Source: Ophelia neglecta (Eukaryota). From it: 64,000 nucleotides of DNA. The notes under the pieces were generated by a model. The model was given only the letters and a program-made list of their open reading frames with translations. It was not told where the DNA came from and ran no database searches. Location of the stretch: NCBI GenBank assembly GCA_965285935.1, contig OZ260663.1, forward strand, positions 60,574,001-60,638,000, read 5' to 3'. Within the stretch, counting starts at the first letter, position 1. Each line of letters starts with the position of its first letter. Positions 24,798 through 38,500 of the stretch are shown piece by piece. Position numbers and translations under genes: made by a program.

Positions 24798-27700
24798 TTA
24801 TGAAGTCGATGAGGATGGGACAGGTTTCACTTCTTTCTTGTACATGCTTACAAACGTTTTAACATCTAAAGCATTGTCAAGGACTTTTCTACATATATCT
24901 TCTTGATGTTTGAGGGTAAATACTAGGGTCCTCATGGATCTCCGGTAACTGTGGCTTATCAGACGCTTGTGACTGCTGAATGCCTCCCTCTCTATGTTTT
25001 CTGGTAGAGTGTGGCGTTCCTAAAGGAATGCTATTTTATTATCATGAAATGGAATGTGTTGTTTATTCTATTAAGAAATTAAAATCTCAAAAACAGCTAT
25101 TGAAAAGCATACTTTTTTTTATACTAAAATCAATTCATTAAAATAAAAGAGCCTATAAATGTAGATTATTATCAAAATACACTTACTGGTACACCAAGAG
25201 CGTTAGCCAGATGCTTGCGGCCAGCCTTTCGCATTGTCTCCGTCTTCCTGTCACATTTCACTTCTATCATTGGCTTGTCTCTTTTTTCCTCAAAATATTT
25301 CGACCATGAGGTCACAATGTTCTTAGCAAGTTCGGAAACCTCAGCATTTTCATGTTTGCTAACTTTCTTGACAGCATGACCTACACATGTCCATCAGGGG
25401 GTAGGAATAGAGCATATATATATCATATACTGACCAGTACGCTTTTTTTAAAAATGCAATCCGACTTTTTTGTAACATAGACAGGTCAAGAATAAAATTT
25501 CAAATGTAACAAATTTTATTTTAAGATATAAATTGTTAAGAAAAAATATCCAGCAAACTTTTGAAGAAGTAGTATTTTGAAACAAAAGACACACATCTAT
25601 AATTATAACTACCGGTATGTACTAGTATGTACATATATTGGCCAATGTGATGTTCTAGTTTGAAATATATATTGGCTAATGATGTCCAGCTTGAGGAGAT
25701 AAGTAGAGCAAGAAATGTATAAGAGGAGAGAACACTGGGGCCAAATGAATAAAAAGGTACAGCCGACATTCTGTGTGGAGGTAAAAACTTCTTAATGCTT
25801 CTGTCCCATTCACTGCAATGTAAATAAGGACGAAGTCACAAGACGTCATAATCCCCTGAAGAGTTCCCTACACTTTTTGTTCATTTGGCCCTGGTGTAGA
25901 GAGGAGAAAGATGCTGCTGGTAACCAATTGTTTTACCTATTTTTGTTGATTTCATTACCTCCCTGGATGGTATTTTTTTCTTTAATTCGTGCAAGGCAGT
26001 CAAAAGATTTTCAGAAGTCTGATTTTCCAGTCTTAAAACTGATTTAATTCTCAATATATCTTCTACAACTACAACTCCCTACAATGAAAAGAAAAAAAAC
26101 ACCTGAGTGTAATTTCAAATGTTCACACGCTCATGAGTTAATGTAATCACTAATCACTCCATGACTCAATTTAAAACCGATTATTAAATGCCTGGAGGCT
26201 ATATAGTTAAATAAGAACAAGAAAAAGTTTTTTCAACAAAATACCTTGCGTTGGAATTAATTTTCTAGTCCAATTATTGATAAATCAATTTAAAACCGGG
26301 GGTAAGAATCAGACCTGGGGTCAAAGGCAAATGTATTTAAAATTTTGAAAACTATTTGCATTTGAGAATCAACAAAGTGAACTATTTGCATTTCATTTAA
26401 ACACATGTGCAATATATTTGAAAAAATAAATACATTCAAATAGTTTTCAAATACTGTGTAGCACTTCATTCGACTCTTTGCAATTTGTTGTGTGTGTGTA
26501 GAAGGGCTTGATTGGTTTTACTAAGTCTACAGACACTTGCTATATGTGTGAGCACATTTGTGGGAATTGGTGACCGTTTGTCTGGGCATGCATACTTTGC
26601 AGTCTGCATTTGTTGATAAGACTACAATGTATCATAATTATGGAGCAAAGATGTAGCTGTTTAAATATGTGTCCAGGTGTTACTTCTAAGATGAAATGTA
26701 TGATCAAAAGAGTTGTACCAGTTAAGTCCAGCATTCCCCAATACTACCTGAAAACAGATGTACCCCCCCCCCCCTCCCCAACACACACATACACACACAG
26801 CTGAATCTTATTTTCTACACTGTCAGATATAGCGCGAGATGTATTCGTAATATACTAATTCTAATTCTACATTCATATTTATGAAATGTGTAAAGAAACC
26901 ATGCATATATCATAATTTTTAAAATAATCTCAAACCAGTAGGCACCCGCTCGAGTTTGCATCCGCGCGAGTTGACTGGACCCCACGGGTGGGGGGGGGGG
27001 GGTACTCACTTATTGGAGGAGGTAGGTATGACCCCCCTTTTTTCAGGTCATAGAATTTTGATACCCTTTGCATGCAACATAGAATTTCGACCCCCTGTTT
27101 TCGCTCAACCGAGAATTAAGCCCCTCATTTTTAATATAGATTTTTAGAATAAATAATACATTATAAGAGAGAAGTGTTTTGACTTCTTTTCCATAAAGTT
27201 TTGACCCCTGGTTTTTTTGAAACAGAATTTTGATCCATATTTTTTGAAAAAAATAGATATTTGACCACTGTTTTTCAGAAAAACAGAATTTAGACCCCCA
27301 TTTTTACAACAGACATATATTTTGACCCTCCATTTTGAACTTTCCGGGGAGCCTACCTACCCTCATTGGGCCCGAGAACCCCCCCCCCCCCGGGGACTGG
27401 ACACCCGCGTGAAAATGTGGTATTATATGGGGCAGCTCCAAAAACCAACTCGTAGCTTACAAGCCCGCCGACATCAGCGTTATACTCCAAGAGAGGTTTG
27501 CTGATTACACCTCAATTAAGACAATCGCTGCATGTTGGACTAGTGTCTCCGTGGTCCAGTGGTAGCGTGCTGGACCTCCGACCTCCAAGGTCTGAGTTCG
27601 AACCCAGCTTGAGAGGGCTGTTTGCAACCTAACCTTGTGTCGGGGGAGTGATTCATCAGACCTTCGCCTCATCTTTCCAAGAGACTCCCTGTCCCGATAT

Positions 27701-27957
27701 GACCTCTCCAGTGTTGAAAGGGACGTTAAAACCCATACATTTAACATTTTAGCATGTTGGACTAGCCTGAAAGCTGAAAACTGGAAACGGGAGCGCGAGC
27801 GGCGTGGGTAGCGCATGAAAAGCAAAGGATGCGGTTGATTCTCAAAGTTAACTACCTGCAGCGATTCAATGGTCGCTTGTCTATACCGTGGCTTAGATTT
27901 GTTATCCGTGTTGTCAGGCATGGACTCCCTGGGTGTTTTTATCACAAACTTGTCCAT
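24798..27957 (-). CDS. TCEANC2: Transcription elongation factor A N-terminal and central domain-containing protein 2; exons 27957-27856, 26078-25937, 25380-25187, 25019-24798
   Basis: Spliced protein MDKFVIKTPR...YRQATIESLQGVVVVEDILRIK...KKIPSREVMKSTKIGHAVKK...IEVKCDRKTE.MR...PENIEREAF...YRRSMRTLVFTLKH. All introns are GT-AG and phase-consistent. Confidence 0.95.
26981..27394. mobile_element. MITE with G/C-tract TIRs in TCEANC2 intron 1
   Basis: Ends CCCACGGG(G)nTACTC and GAGAA(C)nGGG, 8-bp TSD GACTGGAC on both sides, internal TTTTGACCCC repeats. Confidence 0.8.
27544..27751 (+). mobile_element. tRNA-derived SINE, full length
   Basis: A box TGGTCCAGTGG, B box GTTCGAACC, 3' GGGACGTTAAA plus an ACATTT tail, and a 14-bp TSD GCATGTTGGACTAG (27530-27543, 27752-27765). 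Confidence 0.9.
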
Positions 27958-28872
27958 TCTTTTTGCTAAAAGCAGACTATCGCGACTTTTGAAGTTTGTT
28001 CCCTACCGTTCTGGTGGATTTAAGTGAGCCTGGGCCTGATTGCTGAAATAAGGTCTCGGGTTATGAAATGACTCCCAGGCTGAACTCAGTGAGTAGTATG
28101 AATATTCAGTGACAATGCTAAGTTCTCCTTTTGTTTCCATCATCTTTAAAATACGAAAAATTGATGATAAGGTGATTGTGCATATTTGGATTATAACCAC
28201 AGGATAAACATTTTTCTACGGGATCTCTGGTTTATTTTTGTGCAGTAAACCACAGACGAACCTCGGGACAATGGCTAGTTTTGCAGAGGAGTACCTCCAA
28301 AATTCTATTCATGCAACAATTTCTGTCCGTTCTAAGCAGCGAAACATAAACAACATTCCGGGGGTTGCTTGGTCGGGCTTTGATCATGGTAAGATTATCA
28401 GCAGACTCATTAAGACGATGAAATGAACTGACCATGAACTCAGTTTATTGTAAATTCATCTCCTAGATTTGCAATTTCATTTTTAAAAATTGATCATATT
28501 AGTTCGTGACCATGTATATATCTGATATATTCACGAGATACAGTTGTACTATTGTTCTAGTATGGGGGGGAGGGGGGGGGGGGGTCCGTTCCCGAATCAC
28601 AGGTTTGAAAATTGACATTTTCCTTGACATTTCCCAGTTGCCAGTGAAATATATTGAAATTTCCCAGGGAATAACTTTGTTCCCGGTTCCCGGAGGATAA
28701 ACTATAAAAATCCTGATTCACAAAAATAGAAACACAGTTGTGTGCATTATCAGAATGTCATGGGAAAAACCTTTATGGATTAAAAACGATCTATTAAACC
28801 ATTCTATAATATAAGAACCAAACTTGATAAAGAGGTTATTTCGACAAAATTAATAGTTTTTAGAGGTTATTT

Positions 28873-29240
28873 CCGGGGGGGCGGGGGGGCACTCAATGTG
28901 TGAGCATGAGAATCAAAAGCCCCCCAAAGCAAGGAGTTTCAGCCCAATAAATGCACCCAAAGCAAGAAATAATTTTGAAAAGCACCCCAAAGCAAGGAGT
29001 ATATAGTGAAACTTGGTCCAAAGTTCACTTATGAGATCACAACTATTGACAGTGAATATAAGGCTATACATTACAGCTAGAACTCGATAGTTACCATATG
29101 AAATGCTACTAATTTTGGAGGTCTGCAGAAAACTTGCAAGATTCCAACAACCCCCTAAAACGCAGCGCGGACCGCGTTTTGTAACAAAAAACATACCCCT
29201 ATCCGCATTTTTTTTTACGCGCACTGAGTGGCCCCCCCGG
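28873..29240. mobile_element. MITE-like element with G/C-tract TIRs
   Basis: Ends CCGGGGGGG..GCACTCA and TGAGTGGCCCCCCCGG, with internal CCCCAAAGCAAG repeats. TSD not clean. Confidence 0.6.
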
Positions 29241-29428
29241 GGTTTCACCAGACCCCTTATAATGTGTATAATGTTAGACTATATAATCAGCTGATAACAT
29301 ATTCATTGAACATTCTGCATATATATTTCTAATATATTTTCCTTTTACTCCTTTAACAGTCTACATAAAAACCACTAGGAGAAACCCAGAAAGCTCATTT
29401 ATAATAGTCATCTACAAATCAGGGGACA

Positions 29429-31170
29429 ATGGGGGCAAAAATCAGCTTTACCCAGCTTGAAAAATATGATGGAAAGAAATATATGGCCAAGTGGCCACTG
29501 GTAAAATTTCCTGAAACAAGGAAGAGGGCACCTGGACAAGTCAACATTACATTCAAAGTTCTGCCAAATGGTCAGTTTTTATTTACAAAGAATTAATATA
29601 TATAAAATGCATGTTCCTATGTCAAAGTGTTTTCCAGAGGTTTCCATACCCACCAGTTTATCGTATTAAGGCCACTATTCTTGAAGCCAACATTGTCTTC
29701 TAACAGTGCTGTCAGAAATTAAATATTTGGCTAAATGGTGTTGCAAGAATCAGATCTAAAAAAAGAATTATTTTTCTTTTCAGGCGTGAAAATTCCCACA
29801 CAGGAAATTAACATCTGTACTGGTGGCCAGATGTTAGATTTGTTCCACATGCAGACAATAAGCTGTTGTTTAGTATTGGAACCTTCCGTAAAAGACCAGG
29901 AACTGGACGGCCGCCTGTTTCAGGATACAGAAATATTCATGGATTAATATATGGTCTCAGCATCAATGAAAACAGCCTTAGTCAGTATTACCCCAGCTAA
30001 ATTATATACACTGTTTTTAAGCTGAGTGCGTCTGACTGAGTTGTTTGAAATAATTTCTGGTTCAGAAATGTAGCAATATACTTAAGAATGTCACCAAGCT
30101 GATGTCTCTATGGGCTGACATACATGTATTTGTAATTTACCATATAGAGTCTACATGAAGTAGTATTTTATTTTTCAGATTGTCAGGTGTACAAGGGCAC
30201 TAGGACTTCCTCGAGCCCAAATCTTTCTGCACACCCAAACGGAGTGGATGCTTCATTTGCAGGATGTGGCGCTATTCACCTAATGGATCTCCGAAACCAG
30301 GATATGATTACAAAAAACAAAGATTTGCGCAACAACAATTTCCGTTGTACTGACTGCTCTCCTAATGGTATTTATGTGGCAGCTGTGGCAAAGTGTTCTA
30401 AATTTGTTGAGGTGCATGTGATGATGATTGAAAACTACTTTTTCATGAAGCAGGATGCGGTAGAACTACATCATGTCTGCCCAGGTTTCTATGCAGAAAG
30501 GAACCAATTGGATTATTTTGAATGTAAGTTCTCTCCCGACAGTGGTTACATAGCAGTTGCGTCCTCCCATGGACATCTTGTGGTACTAAAGAGAAGTTTC
30601 CTAAAAGAACACTGCAACATTATTCCGGGAATGTTTGATGTTAACGATGTAAAAATTGTAAATGAGAGATCATTTGATTTTGACCAACGTTACCAACATA
30701 AATATGTAGCATTTGCCAGCATGAACAATGAGGTATTTGTATGCAATGTTGATGAACAGACTGAGGTACATAGGAAATTTGAGGATTTAATAGGAAGCAT
30801 CCAAAATGTGAAATACGGTCCGAGAAGTAGTGGATTAGCCATTGCAACCTCCTCTTCTGTGATATATATTTGTGATCCTGACACTTTGGACACTCTGTAC
30901 GAGCTAAACGGTGCTCAGCAAGGTAACGTTGCCATGAATCCCACTAATGGTAAATATCCAAGCATAGTGAGGATGGCATTTTCCACTGTAGGGGGAAATA
31001 TGGCTGTAACATCAACAGATGGCTACTGCCGAATATGGCAACTTGAGCCAGAGTTGAATCTACAAGAAATATGCAGAATAGCAATTCTGCAGTACTGTGC
31101 TGTTAGCGACATTTCAAAGCTCCCTTTACCACCGAAACTTTTATTTAACCTATTTGATTGGCCAGTTTGA
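29429..31170 (+). CDS. WD40-repeat SOCS-box protein; exons 29429-29570, 29783-29980 (needs a 1-nt frameshift near 29810), 30179-31170
   Basis: WD40-like strands (CSPNGIYVAA, FSPDSGYIAVASSHG, FSTVGGNMAVTSTDGYCRIW) and C-terminal SOCS box LQEICRIAI...ISKLPLPPKL. Upstream exons are inferred from GT-AG sites and phases. The N-terminus is MGAKIS. Confidence 0.8.
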
Positions 31171-34100
31171 CACTGTGGTATTTTAAGAAATGGTTGACAA
31201 TATTTTGTTTTATACCAGTCGAGTTCTCTCATATAAACATAAACATATATGTAGGCACTCTTGGGGGGGGGGGGTGAATTCCATTTCTAAATGGTACTGT
31301 TTTTATGAAATATATTTACATTTTGTCTTTACATTATTTTAAAATAGATATTTGTTATTATCAGGTAAGTGAACAGGTTTGAAGAAAAGGCACCATGTTA
31401 TTTTATATACATGTTTTTATATTATTTCATCAAATGAAATCAAAGAAAATTTATTGTAATTTAAAGTAATTGTAAATAAATTTGCATTTGTTAAAGTATT
31501 GGTATTTAAGTTTATGTATTTATTGATTGCTCATTGGAGAAATACAATTGATAGCCAAAATTTTTTTGTTTGTACATGTATATTGAATTTATTCTTTATA
31601 ACAATAAATATTTCATTTATAAAATTGGCTTAGTCTTGTTGAGTTAGAATGAAACTGTCAGACTTGGAACATAGTGTTCCCAATTAAATTTAATGGAATG
31701 ACATATATTTACATGTATATAGCTAGGTAAACTTGTTTGTATTGATTGATAAAACAATTTGCTGAAGGCCAATCTGTTACACCTGCATCAAATGAATAAA
31801 TTGTTCAGTCATTTACCAGTAGTTAAAAATATAAATGTATTACTTGAATTTAATAAAAAAAAAAAATCTCCTTTTTTCTATATTCAATGCATTGGCCTGA
31901 AACATATCTTGAAATGGTCAGGCTACTGCTGCAGTATTTTTACAAAATTACTGTTGAACACCTGCGTTCAAAACTGACAGTAAGAAAAATGAGTGATTGG
32001 ACAAGCCTTCTTAATATGTGAGAGGGTATATTTTCAGAGGACCCGTGTATGACTGACTGGACCCTCTTATTACAATGTATACATGTAATAACAATTACTT
32101 ATTTAAAGGTGATTTTATTGAAAATTTATCAACAAAGGTACATGGTCATAGTTAACTGTACTTATTTATGCAATAAATACTATGGTAAGCCTTCTGGATA
32201 TGTTTACACATTTAATAAGTCTACTCAATAATTTACCAAAAAACAGTTCTATAAACTACAATTTCTAGTACGACAGCAGTTCCCATCAGGTTTTCACACA
32301 AGAAACTTCTTGTTGTCGAAGTGTACTCTTCAAAGTTTTATTTTTAAATGCAGGTCAACCACTGTGAAGAAATTATTGCTAGCGTCCATTACATATAGCA
32401 TCCCTTTTGGAGTATAATTTACTAATGCAGGACTTATTCTATGGCATTACATTCTATTAAAGTATTCTGGCAATTCCCATTGTACAGATTCAAAACTAAC
32501 TTTTTAAATTTGCAAATTAAACCAAATGTTTCAACTCTTCCATATTTACCTAGTAATTTCATTCAATTTTTTTGTCAAATGGAGCACCAATGACTGGCCT
32601 GAGCCATAGTTATCAATAATCAGGTCATGCAGATTAAGATATGAACAGATCACGGTGGTATGAACAGAAGTCAGGAATCAAGACCATATAGACTATGTCT
32701 AGGCGAATTTGGTATTCATTCCCCAATTGATTCATATTCCAAAATTGTTTGTTTAAATAAATCCAGACATACCCTATAAGAGAATTAATAAGCAAGTAAA
32801 GGTATTAAGTTTCTCTGTTGACTGTTCTGGTATTTCATGTAGCTGTAATAGGGCAAAATAACTCATAGAACGAAAATTGACAGCTTTGTCACATGATCCT
32901 TTTGTGCCAGGATATTTTATCAAGGATGACAAGACGCTGTCGAAATCAATTTGTTGGCATTTTCACAAGGAACTAAAACAGGAGTAATTGAAATCAAGAC
33001 AACTTCCTGCTTAAAAGAAAGTCCTGGATAATGGAAATTCCATTTCAGGTAATATCAACCAGGCGTTCAGAAACGCAAGCCTCCCAACAAAGTAAAAGGG
33101 ATAGTAAACATGTCTGTCGAATAATCACTCCTGGAAAAGTCAAGGCTAGTATGGGTCCCAGAGAATAAAAGCACTGGAAATCGCCTAAAATGATCAGAAA
33201 GCAAAAATTAAAATATTGCAAATTTTGCCACAAAAACTAAGTCCTAGACCCCCCAAAATATTATATTTGCTGAAAATACTGGAAATTGCATGACTAGCGG
33301 AAAAACGCAAAAAAATGTTGTATTTTTCGCCGAGTTTTTTGCTAGTTATATTCAGCTTTAGAAAGCTATAACAGATCCCCACTACTCACAGCAATTGATC
33401 CAACGTTACCCTGACCGCCCACCTATTATTGATGTGTCCTGACCATCCCTCCATGATAGGTTTCAATGGAACAGCCCTCACATGAATCATCAATAACCAT
33501 TTTTCTTCTGTTATAGGGCAATATTTAAGTTATAGAAGCTTCCCAGGCTTACATTCATAACAATCAACCATTTTAATTGGATTATACATCAGAGTACAAA
33601 CTAACAAACCACATAGCTAATTGCAGTTAATAAATGTGATGATAGGTGACCCTGGGATGAGAAATGTTGGCTTGGACTTCAGGAACATGCTTGCCTGAGC
33701 CATAATTACAGTATGTAGTTTTAAATCACTGACATATGATCCTAAAGGTTGTACCCAGGGTTCCTGGCGGGTCACTTTGATTAAGGTTTTACCTGTTGTC
33801 TGCTTACCATTGTGCAATATTGAATTGAAACACACTAAAACTAAATAAATCACCGCCTGACCCATTTATCACACTGACCCAGGTCACCACATTTCAGATC
33901 ATATAACCCTGGTCATGGCAATGCACACTCAACAGACTTGGGGCACCAAACTTTTCGTGGAACAGCAAACACTCAATTTTTGCTCCATGTTATTTTAGTG
34001 CCAAATGAATGGCACCATTATTAATGGTGCATTCAATATTTTACCCCACTTCTTATTCACAAATCCTTATCATTGTGAAACTCTGAAAAGTTCTGAAAGT

Positions 34101-35565
34101 TTTGAAAGTTTCATATTTACATTTGTTCACAATGTATTGACTGTCTACTGAATAATTCACTATAGCTAGACAATAAAATATCAGTTGGAGTACACCAAGT
34201 TTTCTTCAAATTATTAATGTTAATCCCAATGGTAGGTGGGTAATGACATGTTCACATTTATACCATCATTTTATATCACTGTAATTTGCCTTTTAACTTG
34301 TATATAGTCTTGACCAATTGCTTTTGTTCGTAAGGTTAAGGAAATATATTACTCTAAGTTACACACAACATTTTAACAGTGATAGATAAATTAATGTTCA
34401 CTGTACATCATAGATGGATATAAAAATGTTAAAATGGATGTAGACTCTATGTATGGAGTCATACTTTGAATAATGATGAATTTGGATTTTTGGGGTTAAT
34501 GCAACATACAATATATTGATGAGGATGGCAGTACTTGTACAACAGACATAAGACTCTATTTCTACTTGTTATTGGTTAGAGGCACACAATCTTTAGTTTG
34601 TTAAAAATATGGAGTAAATTAAAGATTACTCATATATCAAAAAAAAAAAATTCTTTTCTTACTTTGCCATGTTAGTCTCCTATATGAAAGAAAAATTAAG
34701 ACAAATAAAATAGGTGGTCACCAGTCTTTCTTGGAAGGGAGGATGTTTTCAATGTGGCAAATAGTATGAAATAGGAACCCCCCTGGTACTGTACATGTGA
34801 GAGATAAAGAGATAAAATTAAATAATCACTTTTCACCATAATTTATCGTAGTGTTTTAAAACCCAAGTAAATAAGATGATTATGCCTTCAAAGTTTCTGA
34901 ATTTTCATAATAATGAAAAACATGATGATTTTGAAATATTAGTTGTCTTCTTCCTTAAACATACAATCATAATCTATAAACATTGAATAGTACAAGTCAG
35001 GAAGTATTAAATGAGTATCATGCCCAAAGATTGTAATAAAAGAACCCATATGTTGTATTTTGGACACCCTCTTTTATTATTAATGCCACAAGAATACACA
35101 TGACTCTCTATCTCGTAGTACTAGTACTAGTACTTCCTTGAAATTTGCAAAACCTGATTGTCCTTTTCAAATTTGGACATGCCTGATTGGATTTGCCTAG
35201 CACAAAGGTTGGATTTCCCATTGCTACCAATGGCCAGAAGTGGTGTCTGCTATGAGTGTGTTTTATATGTAGTCAAACTAATATGGTCAATAAGCTGAAG
35301 AAACCCCAAATCTGCCAGAAAGTTGAACAATGGGTTAGCTACATATATAACTGATGTGTGGAAAATACAATATTACAGTAAAACTAAAGAATGTGTGCCA
35401 TTAATATATTTTGAAGTACAAGATGACATAATGACAAATGGTTATATTGGTTTTAAATTAATATATTAAACTCTTTATATGAATTACATTGACAAGTTGC
35501 TGTTAAGAACAAGAACACAACGTAGGCCTCGGAACAGGTCCTCTTTATTTAACTTCAATGAGCCG

Positions 35566-38500
35566 CTAAGACCGCCTGTATTTCTTCTTCTCATCCTGTT
35601 TCACTTTGAAGAGCATCAAATCCATAGCCGAGATGGCATCCTCACTGCTGTCATGGCCTCCAACTAAAAGTAAACATTTAGAATTCAATGGCCAAAAAAT
35701 GAATACAGAATACAACATAGTCTGTTGGACAAATCTACCATCTGAAATATGGCAAAAAATTTTGCTGCCCTTAAAGTGTTTAATAAAGAGAACTTTTTAG
35801 CTAACACAATTTAGTCTTAATGTCACAATGACATAAATAAAGACAAAATTGTCTCTGTGTGTCACAGCATTGTCAAGATAAAAACATTGGTTTTTAACCC
35901 AATTTTTCCCAATTTGACCTTGAAAATGTAATTCAAGGTAAAATCAGGACAAACAATCAGAATCACATGACACCCTTTCTTATGGTACATCCTAATACCA
36001 ATTCAGGGTCTAACTGCCAAAGAATTGGAATTGGAATTGCAGTATACACTTTTCCATACCCATATTAATTTAAGGTCTAACTGGTTTATTAAAGAAGTTA
36101 TAGTGCATATGAAAAGCATCATTTTTAAAACTATGGTAAATACATATCTTTTGACAGCTACCAAACGTAAATCAGGTCATATCCAATTACTGGTGCTTCT
36201 TTAACCCTGTCAATGTCAATGCCATACCTATATCACTTTTTGTTGTAGTGCTGTCAGCATTTTGCTACTTGACTTGTTGTAAAAAAAAATGTCCCAGGCC
36301 CAAGCATATCAATAACAAAATGGATTTTATGTGCCTAGTTACAGCCTAAACAAAAGTATCCGGTGCTACAGGAGCATGCCTTGAAGCCCAACTAATATCC
36401 TCCCATGTGTTATTTGAAAAAATGGGAATTTATAACATTTGTTGTCAAAAGTAAGATATCAAGCAGATAATTGCCCTTGGTGCCAATTTAAGGAAATAAC
36501 TACATTCTGCACAAATGAAGCTTGAAGACCTGCTTCCTTTTTTGAAAGTTTGCTGATGGAATGTGAACAATCACATTTTATCATTTTATCACCAAAATAA
36601 GTGTTATATTTGAAATGTAAGGCGACTATAAAAATGCCTACCATCATCTTGTATGATTCTCTGCAGGTATTCGGCTGTGAGCGTTTTAAGGCCTCGTTTG
36701 TACGGTGGGCCCAGTCTGTGTGGAAACACCACAGATGTGTCCACTACCTTCCTGTGCATCAACTGTAATGGAATTACCTGATGATGAGCATGACTAATAA
36801 ACAGTTGTATTATAATATTGATTAAACATTTTGTTAGCATAAACATGTATATCATGTATATAAAATGCTGACCCTGCAGTATTTTCAATGTCCCTTAATT
36901 CTCAGTTTCTATAAATATTGCTTATTCAATTGGAACAAATGGAAAGTACATCAATATATTATATACGACAAATCAGCAAACTAATCAAGCCAAACCAAAT
37001 TTACTGCGGTAGAATGGAAAAATTGTGAAGTTTAGGATCATTTTACCAACCTTCAAAGCGATAAAGTCACTTTCCAAGCTGTGTCCAATGAGGATGGTGT
37101 TTTCAGAGAAGAGATTGAGTAGCATGGCCTGTACATCTTTCAATGTGGTGCTCACTGCCTCCAAGTCTCCTTCTTTTATCCCACTAAACCTACAGCAGGA
37201 AGGGTAGAAATAAATAATATGTAATCCCACTACACCTACTGCAGGAAGGGTAGAAATAAATAATATGTAATCTCACTACACCTACAGCAGGAAGGGTAGA
37301 AATAAATAATATGTAATCTCACTACACCTACAGCAGGAAGGGTAGAAATAAATAATATGTAATCCCACTACACCTACAGCAGGAAGGGTAGAAATAAATA
37401 ATATGTAATCCCACTACACCTACAGCAGGAAGGGTAGAAATAAATAATATGTAATCCCACTTCACCTACAGCAGGAAGGATAGAAATAAATAATATGTAA
37501 TCCCACTACACCTACTGCAGGAAGGGTAGAAATAAATAATATGTAATCCCACTAAACCTACAGCAGGAAGGATAGAAATAAATAATATGTAATCCCACTA
37601 CACCTACAGCAGGAAGGGTAGAAATAAATAATATGTAATCCCACTAAACCTACAGCAGGAAGGGTATATGTAATCCCACTACACCTACTGCAGGAAGGGT
37701 AGAAATAAATAATATGTAATCCCACTAAACCTACAGCAGGAAGGATAGAAATAAATAATATGTAATCCCACTACACCTACAGCAGGAAGGGTAGAAATAA
37801 ATAATATGTAATCCCACTAAACCTACAGCAGGAAGGATAGAAATAAATAATATGTAATCCCACTAAACCTACAGCAGGAAGGGTAGAAATAAATAATATG
37901 TAATCCCACTTCACCTACAGCAGGAAGGATAGAAATAAATAATATGTAATCCCACTAAACCTACAGCAGGAAGGATAGAAATAAATAATATGTAATCCCA
38001 CTAAACCTACAGCAGGAAGGGTAGAAATAAATAATATGTAATCCCACTTCACCTACAGCAGGAAGGATAGAAATAAATAATATGTAATCCCACTACACCT
38101 ACTGCAGGAAGGGTAGAAATAAATGAAACTGCAACTCAGATATGGTATAGCGGAAACACAAAATGTACAACAGCGAATCAGTTAACAAGTGAAAATGATG
38201 AAGTTTGCCCTTTGTTCAATTTTTTGTACTAGAAAACCATATTTTACTGGGGATCTTGTTGAATAATCAATGTGACACTTTTCTCTTCACTCACATATCT
38301 AATACAGGTTTCAAATACTTAACAAATAAAACTGATTAAAACTTAAAATATAACATTGACATACCTAGTATTGCAATCTATTACACGTTGACTTGGTTTC
38401 ACTAGTTGATCAAGAACGGTGTCTTTCTTATGGTCAATGACAGTAACTCGGGCCAGCTGCTGGCCAGCCATGGTGTATACCTAAAGTAGGTGAATGTGAA

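Noticed and set aside
27505-27855. C-terminal part of the 150-aa ORF
   Set aside because: It is intron read-through, including an antisense SINE. TCEANC2 similarity stops at the donor at 27856.
31200-35500. Short ORFs between the convergent WD40-SOCS and REXO1 3' ends
   Set aside because: The region is AT-rich with no recognisable domains or coherent exon chain. It is probably UTR or intergenic.
37178-38123. CRISPR-like array
   Set aside because: The units are contiguous with no unique spacers, there are no cas genes, and the context is a eukaryotic intron.
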